A stretch of DNA of 64,000 nt from Mustelus asterias. Taxonomy: Eukaryota. Positions 12,111 through 25,200 of this stretch are shown one piece after another. A program made the position numbers and the translations under genes. The stretch spans positions 1,674,001 through 1,738,000 of the forward strand of contig NC_135823.1 in the NCBI RefSeq assembly GCF_964213995.1. Direction: 5' to 3'. The notes beneath the pieces are model-generated. The model worked only from the letters and a program-made list of their open reading frames with translations, was not told the DNA's origin and did not search any database. Every line of letters starts with the position of its first letter. Position 1 is the first letter of the stretch.

Positions 12111-12519
12111 TATACCAATATCTCTTTCAATCGGGATTTTCTCTGAGGGAGTGGCACGTCAAATCAAGAGGCGAGACGTCTTGAGATGTACCTATCATGC
12201 TCCAATATCGCGCTCCGATACATCCTCTCCACTCACCACCACCACCGCCCACGCTCCACTCCCCCCTCCCCCCAACCAAAAAACAACAAAGTTAGATTCT
12301 GATTATGAATTTACAACAGAAACATACAAATTTCCAATGTACCTTTGCAGTTTTGCAATCCATTTACTCAACTTTGGATGGTGAAAGTTCCAACAATATG
12401 ATAATTATCTCGTTCCATCAGCATCACAGTGAAGATGAAAATTGCATAAAATCATGATGCAGTAAAGTCCTCATGGTTTACAGGTTTTTTGAAACATCCT
12501 CACAGAATCTCAAACAATG

Positions 12520-13333
12520 ACGCACAGGGTGCAGGAACAAGGTGGAGAATATGGTGAACTGGTGCGACAACAATAATCTGTCCTTCAATGTCAACAAAAC
12601 CAAGGAGATAGTTATCGATTTCAGGAAACGTAATGGAGAATTTGCCCCTCTCTACGTCAATGTGGACGAAGTAGAAATGGCCGAGAGCTTAAGTTTTTAG
12701 GTGTCCAGATCACCAACAACCTGCTCTGGTCCCCGCATGCCAACACTGTAGTTAAGTAAGCCGACCAACGCCTCTATTTTCTCAGAAATATAAGGACATT
12801 TGGCCTGTCCGCCACGACTCTCACCATCTTTTGCAGATGCATACGGAAAGGATTCTTTCTGGTTTGATCACAGCCTGGTATAGCTCCTCATCTGTTCAAG
12901 AAAGCAAAAAACTACAAAGGGTCGTGAATGAAGCCCAGTACATCACGCGAACCAGCCTCCCATAAATTGAATGTCTACACTTCCCGCTGCCTCGGCAAAG
13001 CAGCCAGCAGAATCAAGGATTCCACGCAGCACGGACATAATCTCCTCCACTTTCTTCCATCGGGAAAAATATACAAAAGTCTGAGATCACGAACCAATCG
13101 ACTCAAGAACGGCTTCTCCCCTGCTGCCATCAGACTTTTGAAAGGTGCTACCTCGCACTAAATTGCTATTTCTCTGCACCCGAGCTGCGACTGTAACAGT
13201 AAATTCTGCACCATCTCCTTACCTTCCATATGGATGGTATGCTTTGTCTGTATAGCGCTAAAGAAACAATACTTTTCACTGATTACCAATACATATGACA
13301 ATAATTAATCAAATCAAAGCAAATCAAATCAAA
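12520..13333 (+). mobile_element. Rex1/Babar-like LINE 3' end
   Basis: WCDNNNLSFNVNKTKEIVIDFRK...FLGVQITNNL.W...QRLYFLR; (AATCA)n tail. Confidence 0.82.
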
Positions 13334-13574
13334 CAGTCAATCTTAGTGCTGCCATTTTCAATTGTCCAGTAATGCACCAACCTTCCCCAATCCCTGCAAA
13401 CGTAAAACAACATCCAAGCTCAACAGGAATTTCTGCTAAGGGGGGTTTGTGCTCAGGATTTCCACTCCTCTTGTGGATAAAGTGGTCACTGAAATCACTC
13501 CGGAAGGCCTGTCTCCCATTTTAACTTTCTCTTCCTTTTTCCAGGACTCTATCCTCGCAGAGGAAGTTAGTAAA

Positions 13575-14390
13575 GAACAAATTGAACAAAGAATAAAAAA
13601 GGAACCTTCCTGCCCTCCAAGCCTGCGCTGATTACATTGTCCTGTCTGGATCAGCCTATCATATTCCTCTATTTCTCGCCTGTGCATGTGTCTATCCAGG
13701 TACGTCTTAAATGTCGATGAGGTGTCTGCCTCAATCACCTCACTTGACAGTGCATTCCAGTCCCCCACCATCTTCTGTTTAAAAAGATTGACCCGCACAT
13801 CTCCACAGAACCTTTCCCCCTTATATTGAAGTCGTGCCCCCTTGTAATTATCATTTCGTCCCTGGGAAAAAGCTTCCAACTTGTCACCCTATCTGCGCCC
13901 CTCATAATTTTATAATCTTCCATCAGGCCGCCACTCAACCTCTGTCCTTCCAGGGAGAACAATCCCAGTTTATTCAATCTCTCCTCATAGCTTATGCCCT
14001 CCATACCAGGCAACATCCTGGTCAACGTTTTCTGTACACCCTTCAAAGAATTGCACATAGTATTCCAAATGTGGCCGAACCAACGTTTTACATAACTGTA
14101 ACATAATTTGCCAACTGTTATACTCGATGCCCTGGCCGATGAAGGCCAGCATGCCATATGCTTTCTTCGCCACCACTCCACCTTTTCTGCCACGTTTATG
14201 GATCTGTGGACCTGCACGTCCAGACCTCTCTATGTGCCGAAGCTCCGGATTGTTCTTCCATATAATTTATAGCTCCCACTTGAATTGAATCTACCAAAAC
14301 GCATCACTACGCATTTCAGTTCTGAATCCATCTAGCTATTTCACTCCGGATTCCGTGTGATTTATCCTTTTGTGCCGACCTGCCATGTGG
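13575..14390 (-). mobile_element. Decayed CR1 3' part
   Basis: [10 protein letters not shown]...RPHLEY...RMLPGMEG; (TTTGTTC) tail. Confidence 0.88.
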
Positions 14391-14399
14391 GATCTTGTG

Positions 14400-14812
14400 A
14401 AATGACAGAACATCCAGGCGAACTGAGAGTCGGAGGACTCTTGCCTCCCAGGATGGCAGACGGCGATCCCCTAGAAATTCCCATCCCAGCACTGCTCCTG
14501 ATGCAGACGAAAAGCCATGCTTATCTGGAGGGGCTGTCTGGAACAGTCGTACAACTGCAAGGCCATTTCGAGGAGTCCACCAGGCTTCCAGCAATGCATG
14601 CAACACTGGCTGACACTGCAAGGGTAGTGGCCGGAGTGGAGAGCATTGGGCAAGAAGTCCATGCAATGACCGATGATGTCCAAGGCCTGGCTCAATGTCT
14701 GCTGTCCATTGCTGAAGGCCAAAACAGCATATCCAGCATTTTAACTGGCAGGTCAAAGGTCCAGGCCACATTGCGGAAGTGTTCAGGAAGCTTGGCCCCC
14801 TCCTTGGCCTGA
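14400..14812 (+). mobile_element. Probable Harbinger accessory (Myb/SANT partner) ORF remnant
   Basis: Helical LLMQTKSH..EGLS...LQGHFEES...MHATLADTARV..VES.G pattern, recalled from shark Harbinger-associated proteins; not verified. Confidence 0.4.
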
Positions 14813-15014
14813 AGAGCTGACGGCATCTGCACCTTTGCAGCAGCCCCCTGGTCTTCCGGTTCCAGCTCCTTTGGTGCAAAGTCATGCCTTGCTTGGCTCT
14901 GGCTCTCTCTCAACCTCCTGCTTCCCTCGGCAACAGCGACCAGAATCATTGCTATCTGTTACGGCTTCAGTCCAAAATCCATCGTCAGCCTTTGAGGACA
15001 TAGAAGGGACAGAG

Positions 15015-15050
15015 TGAGTGAGTATATGAGAGAGAGAGAGAGTGAGAGAA

Positions 15051-15081
<31 letters not shown>

Positions 15082-15750
15082 GAGAGACAGAGAGAGAGAG
15101 ACACACACACACAGAAAGGGAGGGATAGAGAGAGATAGAAAGAGAAAGAGACAGAACGNNNNNNNNNNNNNNNNNNNNNNNNNNNNNNNNNNNNNNNNNN
15201 NNNNNNNNNNNNNNNNNNNNNNNNNNNNNNNNNNNNNNNNNNNNNNNNNNNNNNNNNNNNNNNNNNNNNNNNNNNNNNNNNNNNNNNNNNNNNNNNNACG
15301 AGAGAGATGGGGAGACAGTGAAAGAGAGAGAGAGGGGTGAGAGGGAGAGAAAGAGAGAGAGAGAGAGGGAGACAGTGCGAGAGAGAGGGAGACAGAGCGA
15401 GATGGAGAGAGAGAGGGGGGAAGGGAGAGAGAGAGAGACAGAGACACAAAGACAGAGAGAGAGACAGACAGACAGAGAAAAAGAGAGAAATAGAGAGAGA
15501 GAAGGGAGAGTGAGACAGAAAGAGAGAGACAGAGAGAGAGAGAAGAGACTTAGACAGAGATACAAAGATAAATAGAGACAGACAGACATACAGAGGTAGA
15601 GAGATAGAGAAACACAAAGAGAGAAAAAGAGAGAGAGAGAGTGAGAGGGCCACAGAGAGATAGAGAGTGAGACAGACAGAGAGAGAGAGACAGAGAGACA
15701 GAGAGATAAAGCAGGAGAGAGGCGATAAAGAGAGAGAGAGAGAGAGTTTG
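15015..15750. repeat. (GA)n/(GACA)n low-complexity tract containing an assembly gap (N 15159-15297)
   Basis: Seen directly in the sequence. Confidence 0.98.
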
Positions 15751-16463
15751 CAATCTTACCAATCATTGAACTCTAACGTCTTCCCTTATCACGATGTGAT
15801 GCAATGTTTGGACGTCGGCCATTCTTCAACATTCCGTCAGTGCAATCATGCATTGCAGCAACTGCTGTCCACACCATCGGGCTTGTACGGTGAGACCTTT
15901 GCCCGTTGTCCCCTCTTCTTGCATCATGCCCTCCTGTCCCCATCATCTCTCCCTTCACATCACCTATGTAATTATTTTGCATGTGCTGAAAGTGCATAAG
16001 GCTAAAGATTTCCTTCAGTAGGAGATATGACCCACCGGGGAAGTTGTGCTGCACTGAGTGACTCTGGCACTGGTTCGAATCTGACTTGCCCTCGCGCTCT
16101 TTGGTGAGAACCAGCAAGTTTCTGGGGGCCTTAATGTCATCCAGTGAGATCTGGATAGGAGAGGAGGGAACAGCTGGCATTACAGGACAGCGAGTATCGT
16201 AACTTTATGCAGCTTCACCTGTGTGTCTCAGCGCTGCGGCTGGTTCGGATATGGATTGTCTGGCAGCATTTCTTCCAGCTGCTGCTGGGGAGCCTGACCC
16301 TTGCATGAAATCACCTTTCCCATTCCTCTCCCTGATCTGCTGTGGGTCTGTGAATGAAGGGAGTTCCAGGAGGTGTTCCAACATCCAACACACAGTTAGA
16401 GTTTGAAGGGTGATACGTCCGTGGCCATTTCAGAAATTAAAAAAAAGTCATGATCTCTGCAGC

Positions 16464-17148
16464 TGTCACAGTTAGTGTTTCTCAGCTCAAAGCCTCAGGT
16501 GACGTCATTGGTGGGACGAAAAAAATATCTGTGTGCCGGTCAGGTGACAAGTGTTGTTTTAAAATTTGTTTCAGCTGCTGTGTTAGAAGCGTAGCTGAAT
16601 GAATTCTCTCTGTCTCTGTTTTATTTTGAAAGTTTTACCAGTTAACTGAAGGCACATCTTGTTTGCCATTCTACAGTTTAAAAAAATCTAGGCTTCGGAG
16701 AGCTGATGACTATAAGCTGTTCTGAATTTTCAAGATGATTTGAAATCAGCATTCAACGCAGGGAACTGGATTCCAGTATGAAGCGAGCTTTAGCCTGTGC
16801 AGTGATAAATCTATTTATTGAGTTTCCTTACTGGATATTGCTATCGACTGGAACATCTGATACATATTGGTTAACGGTTATTCATTATTGTGGTTGTACT
16901 CTTTTTGTTTGTAATTGTTGAAAGTTCTTGCTAATATTCTTACTATGCATGTTAACTTTATTCTTAAATAAATTTTGTTTGGTAACAGCTCCCTAGTTGG
17001 TCACTTGAATTATACCTGAGGTGAAGCATCTCATCTTCTCCCAGCCAAATTCAAGATGGAAGACTTGTGGTTCAGGCGGGCTTAATGAAACACTTTGAAG
17101 TTTCTGACCTGAATCAGACCAAGGGACAGGGATCCTGGGCCCGTGACA
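16464..17148 (+). mobile_element. Possible solo LTR
   Basis: TGTCAC...GTGACA inverted termini, internal AATAAA near 16967; no TSD seen (a SINE abuts the 3' end). Confidence 0.4.
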
Positions 17149-18799
17149 CATTCGTTTGTTCATTCATGTGACATGGGCGTCACAGACAGGGCCATCATTT
17201 ATTGGCCATCCCTAGCTACTGAGAGCAGTTGAGAGTCTAGAACATTGTTGTGGCTCTGGAGTCACATGCAGGCCAGATCAGGTAAGGCTGGCAGATATCC
17301 TTCCCTAATAGATATGAGTGAACCAGATGAGATTTTCCTGACAATCGTTTCATGACCATCAGTGAATTAATTCCAGACAATTTTCATTGAATTCACATTC
17401 CACGATGTGCCATGGCGGGATTTGAACCCGGGTCCCCAGAACAGGAGCTGAGTTTGTGGATTAATGGCATAGCGGTAATACCACTGTGCCATCGCCTCCT
17501 CATAAATAATTGGATGTGGCGGAAGCGATGACAACTGAAGGTTCCCTGCAGGAGGACATGTGAACCTTTGGGGGAAACTGTGCTGCACTGATTGCTCTGA
17601 GCTGTGCCAACGTCGAACACTGACATAGGGTTTGAAGGGAGAGGGGTGCTGGGTCAGGGACACTCGCTGCGTGTGAATGGATTTGAGACAGTGCTGGCCT
17701 GAGTTGCCGGTGTTGGCGTGAGGATAGGACTATGCCATACTGTGAGAGGTTAACAGATCCAGGTATACAGTAGTCCAGATGTCCTTGGTGCGTGGTGTCC
17801 ATGGTGCCAGAAGGTCAGAGTTCAGATCACACACAGAGAGGATCCAACACTTTTAACATCCGGCAGATGATGTGGATTCAGTTCGCTGCAGCACTTCAGG
17901 GAGGCAATAGAAGCGGAAAAGGAAGGCTTCTCAATCAAAGGGAAAACCCCGATGTCACCCCCTTCCCTCCAACGCCAATCACAGTTGGCCCCGTTTCATC
18001 AGACACGACCCCCAAGCAAGCCAAAGGCGCATGAAAGTTAACACTTATTTCCGAGCTCTCCCTCCAATGCCTCACCGCCAGTTCCTCGCTTCTCAAGATT
18101 AACACCAAACTACACCCGAGTGACCTCTGGTAGCGATGTAGCTGTATATCACTTGGCCGCTGGATCTGGGGTCGGGTTTGCTTCCCGGTTTGTGTAACTG
18201 TCTGTGCATTTTGTATCTTCTCCCCATGTCTGCGTGGGTTTTCTGCTGGAGACCCGCTTTCCTCCCACAGTCCGAAGGACGTGTCAGTTAGATGCATTGC
18301 GCATGCCAAATTCTCCCTTAGTGTAGCCGATGAGGCGTTGGAGTGTGGCAACTCGGGAATTTTTGCTTTAGCTTCATTGCAGTGTTAATGTGAGTCTACT
18401 TGTGACTGATAAATGAACTTAAATTAATCAATAAACTAAACACATTCCAGTTAAGGTAATTGCATCATTTTTGGGCTGCCGCCTGCTTTGTGTCAGAATC
18501 CAAGAGTGACGGGAAAGACATTTCTGCTGAATCGCGAGAACCCACACGCCCGTCAGGAATCCGACATTCCGCCGACGCCCTTTCTACCGGGACACAGGGA
18601 TTCCCGCCTGCAATCAGACGAGGACAGAGAGTCGCTCCCTACTGCTCAGGCGGAGAAACGCACCAGCCACAAATCTCAGAGGGTTCATATTTGAAATTTT
18701 TAAAAGGATTCCAGTTTCACGCAGATTATGTTTGATTATAACATAATTATTCGTCAATAGAAATCGCTGGTGCAGCGTTATAGTCGAAGAATAATTCAT

Positions 18800-18805
18800 T
18801 TTATT
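18800..18805 (-). terminator. Candidate polyadenylation signal of the IgSF gene
   Basis: AATAAA on the minus strand about 340 nt after the stop codon, in AT-rich context. Confidence 0.5.
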
Positions 18806-19142
18806 TACATAAATGAATTTTCAAACAAATAACAATCCCGTCAGGAACTGGAGTTTTAGAATCGGTATTGAAGATTTCGATAAAAACACGGAGAAGTCCC
18901 CAGTGTGTCATTTCACACATGAATAACCTTAATATAGGAGAATATCTTTCACAATGCTGAAAAAAAACTCGTTACGCATTTGACAAAATGAGCCAGTCTT
19001 TCTAATCTGTGGCCAGTATGCGAGTAAAGTTTAGCCGTTTGACGGGAATGTACTTGGTCCCATCTTGATTTCCACAGGGTAGAGTATATATTGGCAATTT
19101 CATTCTTCTGTGTAATGCATCACAGACAAATCACCCCGATTC

Positions 19143-19214
19143 TCATTTCCGTCTCTTCTTTTTTGACCTTTTTTCCAATGCAGCCAAATCCAGGGAGGCG
19201 TACAGAGGTCCATC
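19143..19214 (-). CDS. Exon 8, terminal exon [23 protein letters not shown]
   Basis: ttcccaatctcag acceptor, YxxL motif, TGA at 19145-19143. Confidence 0.82.
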   Translation of the reverse strand, partial: DGPLYASLDLAALEKRSKKKRRK

Positions 19215-22200
19215 CTGAGATTGGGAAATATATTCAACATTAATGATCGACGTGGCTAAAACAATTGTTTTTTTCCCCCCAAAATTCATTGCAATGCATT
19301 TTATTACAAGGGGTTCAATGCACTCACCTGTTTTCCAGACTGCGTTTTCAAGTTTGCCTCTGTTTGACGATGATCCCCTGTGTGTTAAGGGTTAAATAAT
19401 GAATTGAAATGTCACCCAAGCTATAGAATCTATAATTACATAGGAACATCGGGCGCCAAAGATCACCAGGATGTCAACAGTTCAAAGTTTATTGCAAGTG
19501 TCACAAGTGGGTTTACATTAACAAAGCAAAGATGTTACAGTGAAAATCCCCTCGTCGGCAGACTCTGGCTCCTGCTTTGTTGCACTGCGGGGGAACTTAG
19601 CATCATCAATGCACTTAACTAGCACGTCTTTCGGACTGTTGGACGACACCGGAGCACACGGAGGAAACCCGCACGCACACGGGGGAAACATGCAGACTCG
19701 ACACAGACAGTGACCCAAGCCGGAATCGAACGCAGGTCCCTGATGTTACGAGGCAGCAGTGCTAACCACCGTGCCGCCGCAATATGTTCACAGGCTATAA
19801 TCATTATCACACAGCTACTTAAATTTTACCAAACGAGAGGTATTCCACAATTCTTCAGAGGCACTTAGAAATAGCACTGTAGGTGAAGGGGACCAAAAGA
19901 TCTGGGGAGAAGGCGCGACCAGGCTACTGAGTTGGGTGATTGGCCATGTTCAGAGTGAATGGCGGAGCAGGATCAAAGGACAGAATGGTCTCTTCCTGCT
20001 CCTATTTTGGATGTTCCTATGTGAAGTTGCCAATGGATAGATGAGGAAAATCTCATACCAGTACTTATCGCCTGTTGTCCACCTGGTATACCACTACTAG
20101 TATTAATATCAGCGATTTTCCCTTTTATGAAAACAGCAGATTCAAGTGTGATTGTTGAACTTGCTGACGTTAAGGAATGCACATTGTGGACAGAAATAGC
20201 AAGTTGCGGCTGATTCAACTAAACAAAGGAAGGTGCAGGCATTCCCTGGTTCATTCGTCGGGCCAATGATTTAACCAATCAGTCAAACGACCTCTTTTTA
20301 ATTTTATATCAGGCAATAAAGAAGGCAAATAGTATGTTAGCATTCGTAGGGAGGCGATTTCTCTACAGGAATAGGGATGATTTACTGCTATTGCATAGGG
20401 CGTTCCGTGAGAAACATTGCGTGCAGTTTTGGTATCCTTGTCTGAGGAAGGATCTCCTTGCTATAGAGGGCGAACAGCGAAGATTTACCATCTGACTTCT
20501 GGAATGGAAGGTCTATCATATGAGGAGAGGCTAAATCGGTTAGGATTATAATCACTGGAGTTTAGATGAGTGAGATGGGATCGCAAAGAAAATTATACAA
20601 TTCTGACAAGATTAGAAAGAGTAGATTCAGAAAGATGTTTTTTTGCGATGGTGGGGCAGTAGAGAACTAGGGGTCAAAGTTTGAAGATCCGGGAAAATGT
20701 TTGCAGAACTGAGCTGAGGGGAAATTTCTTCACCCAGAGGGTGGCGAATGTGTGGAATTCACTGCCACAGAAATTAGTTGACGCCAAAAGATTGTCTGAT
20801 TTCAGGAAGAAATTAGATATCGCTCTTGGAGCGAAAGGAATCAAGAGATATCGGGAAAGGGGGGAATCAGCGTACTGAATTTGATAATCAGCCATGATCA
20901 TAATGAATAGGAGAGCAGGTTAAAAGAGCCGAATGGCTTATTCCTCGTTCTAGTTTCTATGTTTCTACATTAACAAATACAGGTACATAACAGGCAGTCA
21001 TCAGTTAACTCCTGTATTCTCCATAAAAAGCTACAACCAAGCAGAGTCCACATGCCAGGAAGAATGCACAATTGTTTCCCTTACATTTGTTATTCTTGTG
21101 TTTTTTGCTGATGAACACAAGGCCAATAGCCCCGATGATATGTTTTTCTCCCAGATATACTCAATATTCAACTTTTCTTTCAAACTGTTCTTCACAGTTA
21201 ACTGTCTGTACCATTCAACTGGTGCATTCTCCATGGCAACGCCTCTGCCAATCAACTTCCACCTCATTTATTTTTCATTCTGACATTTAATCTCCACCGA
21301 CATTTCAAAGAAGCTTACCCGTTTTTCGCTCCTTACGTCCCTCTTGCTGCCTTCTCCCACTGAAGCGAACATTGGATGTGGAAAAAGAACACGAAACAAA
21401 TGTTAGATCTAGGATATCCTATCTCAAGTGCTGCGCATTGTTGAAAGTAGGATTGTCTAGTAATTTTACCGAAATGATAGAAAATAGAGGCACACACCAC
21501 TGGTCTCAGTTTTCGGGTTGAAACAGGTTTGACAAAATATAAAACAGAGGAGAGAAAGAACAATGATGGTGTGCTTTACACATGCTTGTCTTACTCACGT
21601 TTCATTGTGGGATCCTATGTCTCTGTCTTCTAAAATAGAAGAACATATAATTAGCTGATTAAAAGCTACAAGGAGGAAATCGTATTGGAGAAACCGGTAT
21701 TAAAGTGTCCCAGATAATGATTAATCCTCACCTGATCTGACGTTTTTCCAACTCCAAATGGAAATAAGGATCAACAGTAGAATCAGTATGACCAGGGCAG
21801 TAATTCCAACAGAAACCGTGTGTCTGCACCATTCTATAGAGAAAAAAACACTTGGAAACTGGCATCGGTCAAATCATTCTTTTCCAGGGTTCTCTGAAGG
21901 GAAACGTGACCCGGTTAAAAATGCGGATTCACCAAAGCAGGGGGTGAATGTGGAAAAAAAAACACAGTTAGTGGTATGGATAGTGGAGAATGAACACACA
22001 GTTTGGAATTGATGACACAATATTTGCTAGTAGAGATTTATCAAATTGCAGCACTATCAATTGTCCATATTCACAGTGTATCAGTATGTATAAGATCATA
22101 AGACCACAAGACATAGGAGCAGAATTGGGCGACTTGGCCCATCGAGTCTGCTCTGCCATTCAATCATGGCTGATATTTTTCTCATCCCAATTCTCCATAA

Positions 22201-25200
22201 CCCCGGATCGCGTTATTAATCAAGAAACATTCTATCTCTGTCTTAAAGACATTCAATGTCTAATGTGGCGTCCACAGCCTTCTGCGGCAAAGAGTTCGAC
22301 AGATTCACCACTATCTGACTGAAGAAATTCCTCCTCATCTCTATTTTAACGGTTCGTCCCTTTAGTCTGAGGTTGTGCCCTCTGCTTTTAATTTTTCCCA
22401 CTGTTGGAAACATCCTCTCCACGTCCACTCTGTCCAGACCTCGCAGTATCCTATAAGTTTAAATAAAATCCCCGCTTATCCTTCCAAACTCCAAAGAGTA
22501 CAGACCCAGAGTCCTCAATCGTTCCCCACTCTCTTCATTCCAGGATTCATTCTTGTGAACCTCCTCTGGACCCCTTCCAAGGCCAGCACTTCCTTCCCTA
22601 GATACGGTGAAAACATCATAGAAAATTCTGATTTCTGAACAGATTCAAAGAAGGATAATGCCCAGAAGGAATCTAGTCGGCCATCCTTCCATGGTTGTTT
22701 CTTTGATTGTCACAACTACAAATGCTCGTTTCCCCCATAGTCCTGAAAGCTATTCCCCATCAATATTAGCCCAATTCTCTTTTCGAAGTTCCTACTGTAC
22801 CTGTTCACACCGCCTTTTCTGGGCCAGCGTTCCAAATCCCAAAACGGCATTGTGCAAAAAAAAAATCATCAGAGCATTGAGTCTAGGAGTTGGGACGCAA
22901 TGTACACAACTGTACAAGACATCGGTAAGGCCACATTTGGAGTACTGTGCAAAATTATGTTCGCTCTGTTATAGGAAGGATGCTATTAAACTGGGAACTG
23001 TGCAAAAAAAAGTTGTTACTGGGACTGGAAGGTTTGAATTAAAAGGAGAAACTGGATAGGCTGGAACTTTTTTCCTGAGCGTAGAAGGATGAGGGGTGAC
23101 CTTATAGAAATGTATAAAATCATGAGGTGCCTAGATAAGGTGAGTAGCCAATGTATTTTCCTCAGGGTAGGGGGGGGGTCCAAAACTAGAGGGGATAGGC
23201 TGAAGTGAGAGGGGAAACATTTAAAAGGGACGGAAGGGGCAACGTTTTGCACACAGAGGGTGGTGCACGTATGGATTGAGCTGACAGAGGAGATGGTAGA
23301 GCCGGGCACAATAACAACATTTAGAAGAAATTTGGACAGGGACATGGATGGGAAAGGTTGAGGGGATATGGGCCAAACGCGGGCAAATGGGACCATTTCA
23401 GATTAGGAAACCTGGTCGACATGGAGGAGATGAGCCTAAGGGCCTGTTTCGGTGCTGCATATCTCTATGACTCGATGTCTCCATTTCACTCTTTGTACCA
23501 ATCATTTTCAGTCTGTGTCCCCCTGGTTACTGACACTACTGTCAGTGGAAACGATTCTCATTTTTCTTTACTAATAAAATGCTCTCGAATTTGGAACTTC
23601 GATTATTTTTTTTTAACCTAGATTGCTCGACGGAGTACAAGCCCAGCTCATCCCTTCTGTCCACGTTAACTAAATTCGTTCATTCCATCCTGGAATTCTC
23701 CTTTGCATCATCTCCAAGCCTTTGATATTCTTCCCAAAAAATAGTGCTCGGAACTGAAGACCATGCGACAAACGTGTCTAACGTGTCCATAAACTGATTC
23801 GAATCGGTTTAAATTAATTTCCGAGCTCGATCTCTCAATTTTAAAAGTTTAGGTGCATGTATATGTCCTTCAACAGCCACGTGAGTTGATGCTTCCATCT
23901 CCCAAGATTTATGGAAACTCAGAATGATTACAGCGCACAGGCAAGCAATTTAGCAGATGCTGGAAAGACGGAGGATGATGGGCGAGCTCATAGATGTCTA
24001 TAGAATTACAAGGGGCACAGGGAAGGTGAAGAGTTGGTAGCTTTTTACCAGGACAATTACAAGGGGGCACAAGTTCAAGGTAAGAGGAAAAGGTTCAGTA
24101 GAGCTGTGCGAGGGAAGTTCTTTTCACAGAGGGTGGTGGGGGACTGGAATGCAATGCCATGACTTATCTGGATAGACACACGGACAGGAAGAGGGATACA
24201 GATGGTTGGTCTAGATCGGCCAACGTGATCGGTGCAGGCCTGGTGGGCCGAAGGGCTTGGTCCTGTGCTGTACTGTTCGTTGTTCTTTGATACCTGCACG
24301 ACATTTCTGCAAGAACAACTCAGTCACATTCATCTACCCTTCTCCTCCAACTTGCTTTTTTTTAATCCAATTTATTTAATTCTTCAATTCGCTTTGCGCA
24401 GCCTCGAGTAATTGTGCCTCCAGTACAGTTCCAGATACTGCATTTCACATCCATTCTCCCCCTCTCTACTTGTGTTTCCTGCGGTTGCCCTGGTTTCCTC
24501 CCACAATAAGAAGTTAAACAACACCAGGTTAAAGTCCAACAGGTTTATTTGGTACCAAAAGGCACACAAGTTTTCGGAGCCTTAAGCCCCTTCTTCAGGT
24601 GAGTGGGAATTCTGTTCACAAACAGGGCATATAATGACACAAACTCAATTTACAGAATAATGGTTGGAATGCGAATACTTACAGCAAATCAAATCTTTAA
24701 GATACAAACAATGTGAGTGGAGAGAGCATCAAGAGAGGCTAGAGATGTGTATTGTCTCCAGACAGGACAGCCAGTGAGACTCTGCAGGTCCAGGCAAGCT
24801 GTGGGGATTACCGATAGCGTGACATGAACCCAATATCCCGGTTGAGGCCGTCCTCATGTGTGCGGAACTTGGCGATCAGTTTCTGCTCAGCGAAACTCAG
24901 CCGTCGTGTGTCGTGAAGGCCGCCTTGGAGAACGCTTACCCGAATATCAGAGGCCGAATGCCCGTGACCGCTGAAGTGCTCCCCAACAGGAAAAGAACAG
25001 TCTTGCCTGGTGATTGTCGAGTGGTGTTCATTCATCCGTTGTCGCAGAGTCTGCATGGTCCCCCCAATGTACCATGCCTCGGGACATCGGTTCCTGCAGC
25101 GTATCAGGTAGACAACGTTGGCCGAGTTGCAAGAGTATGTACCGTGTACCTGGTGGATGGTGTTCTGACGTGAGATGATGGCATCTGTGTCGATGATCCG

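Noticed and set aside
14882-15999. Long Ser/Leu- and Glu/Arg-rich ORFs
   Set aside because: Translations of the (GA)n tract across an N gap.
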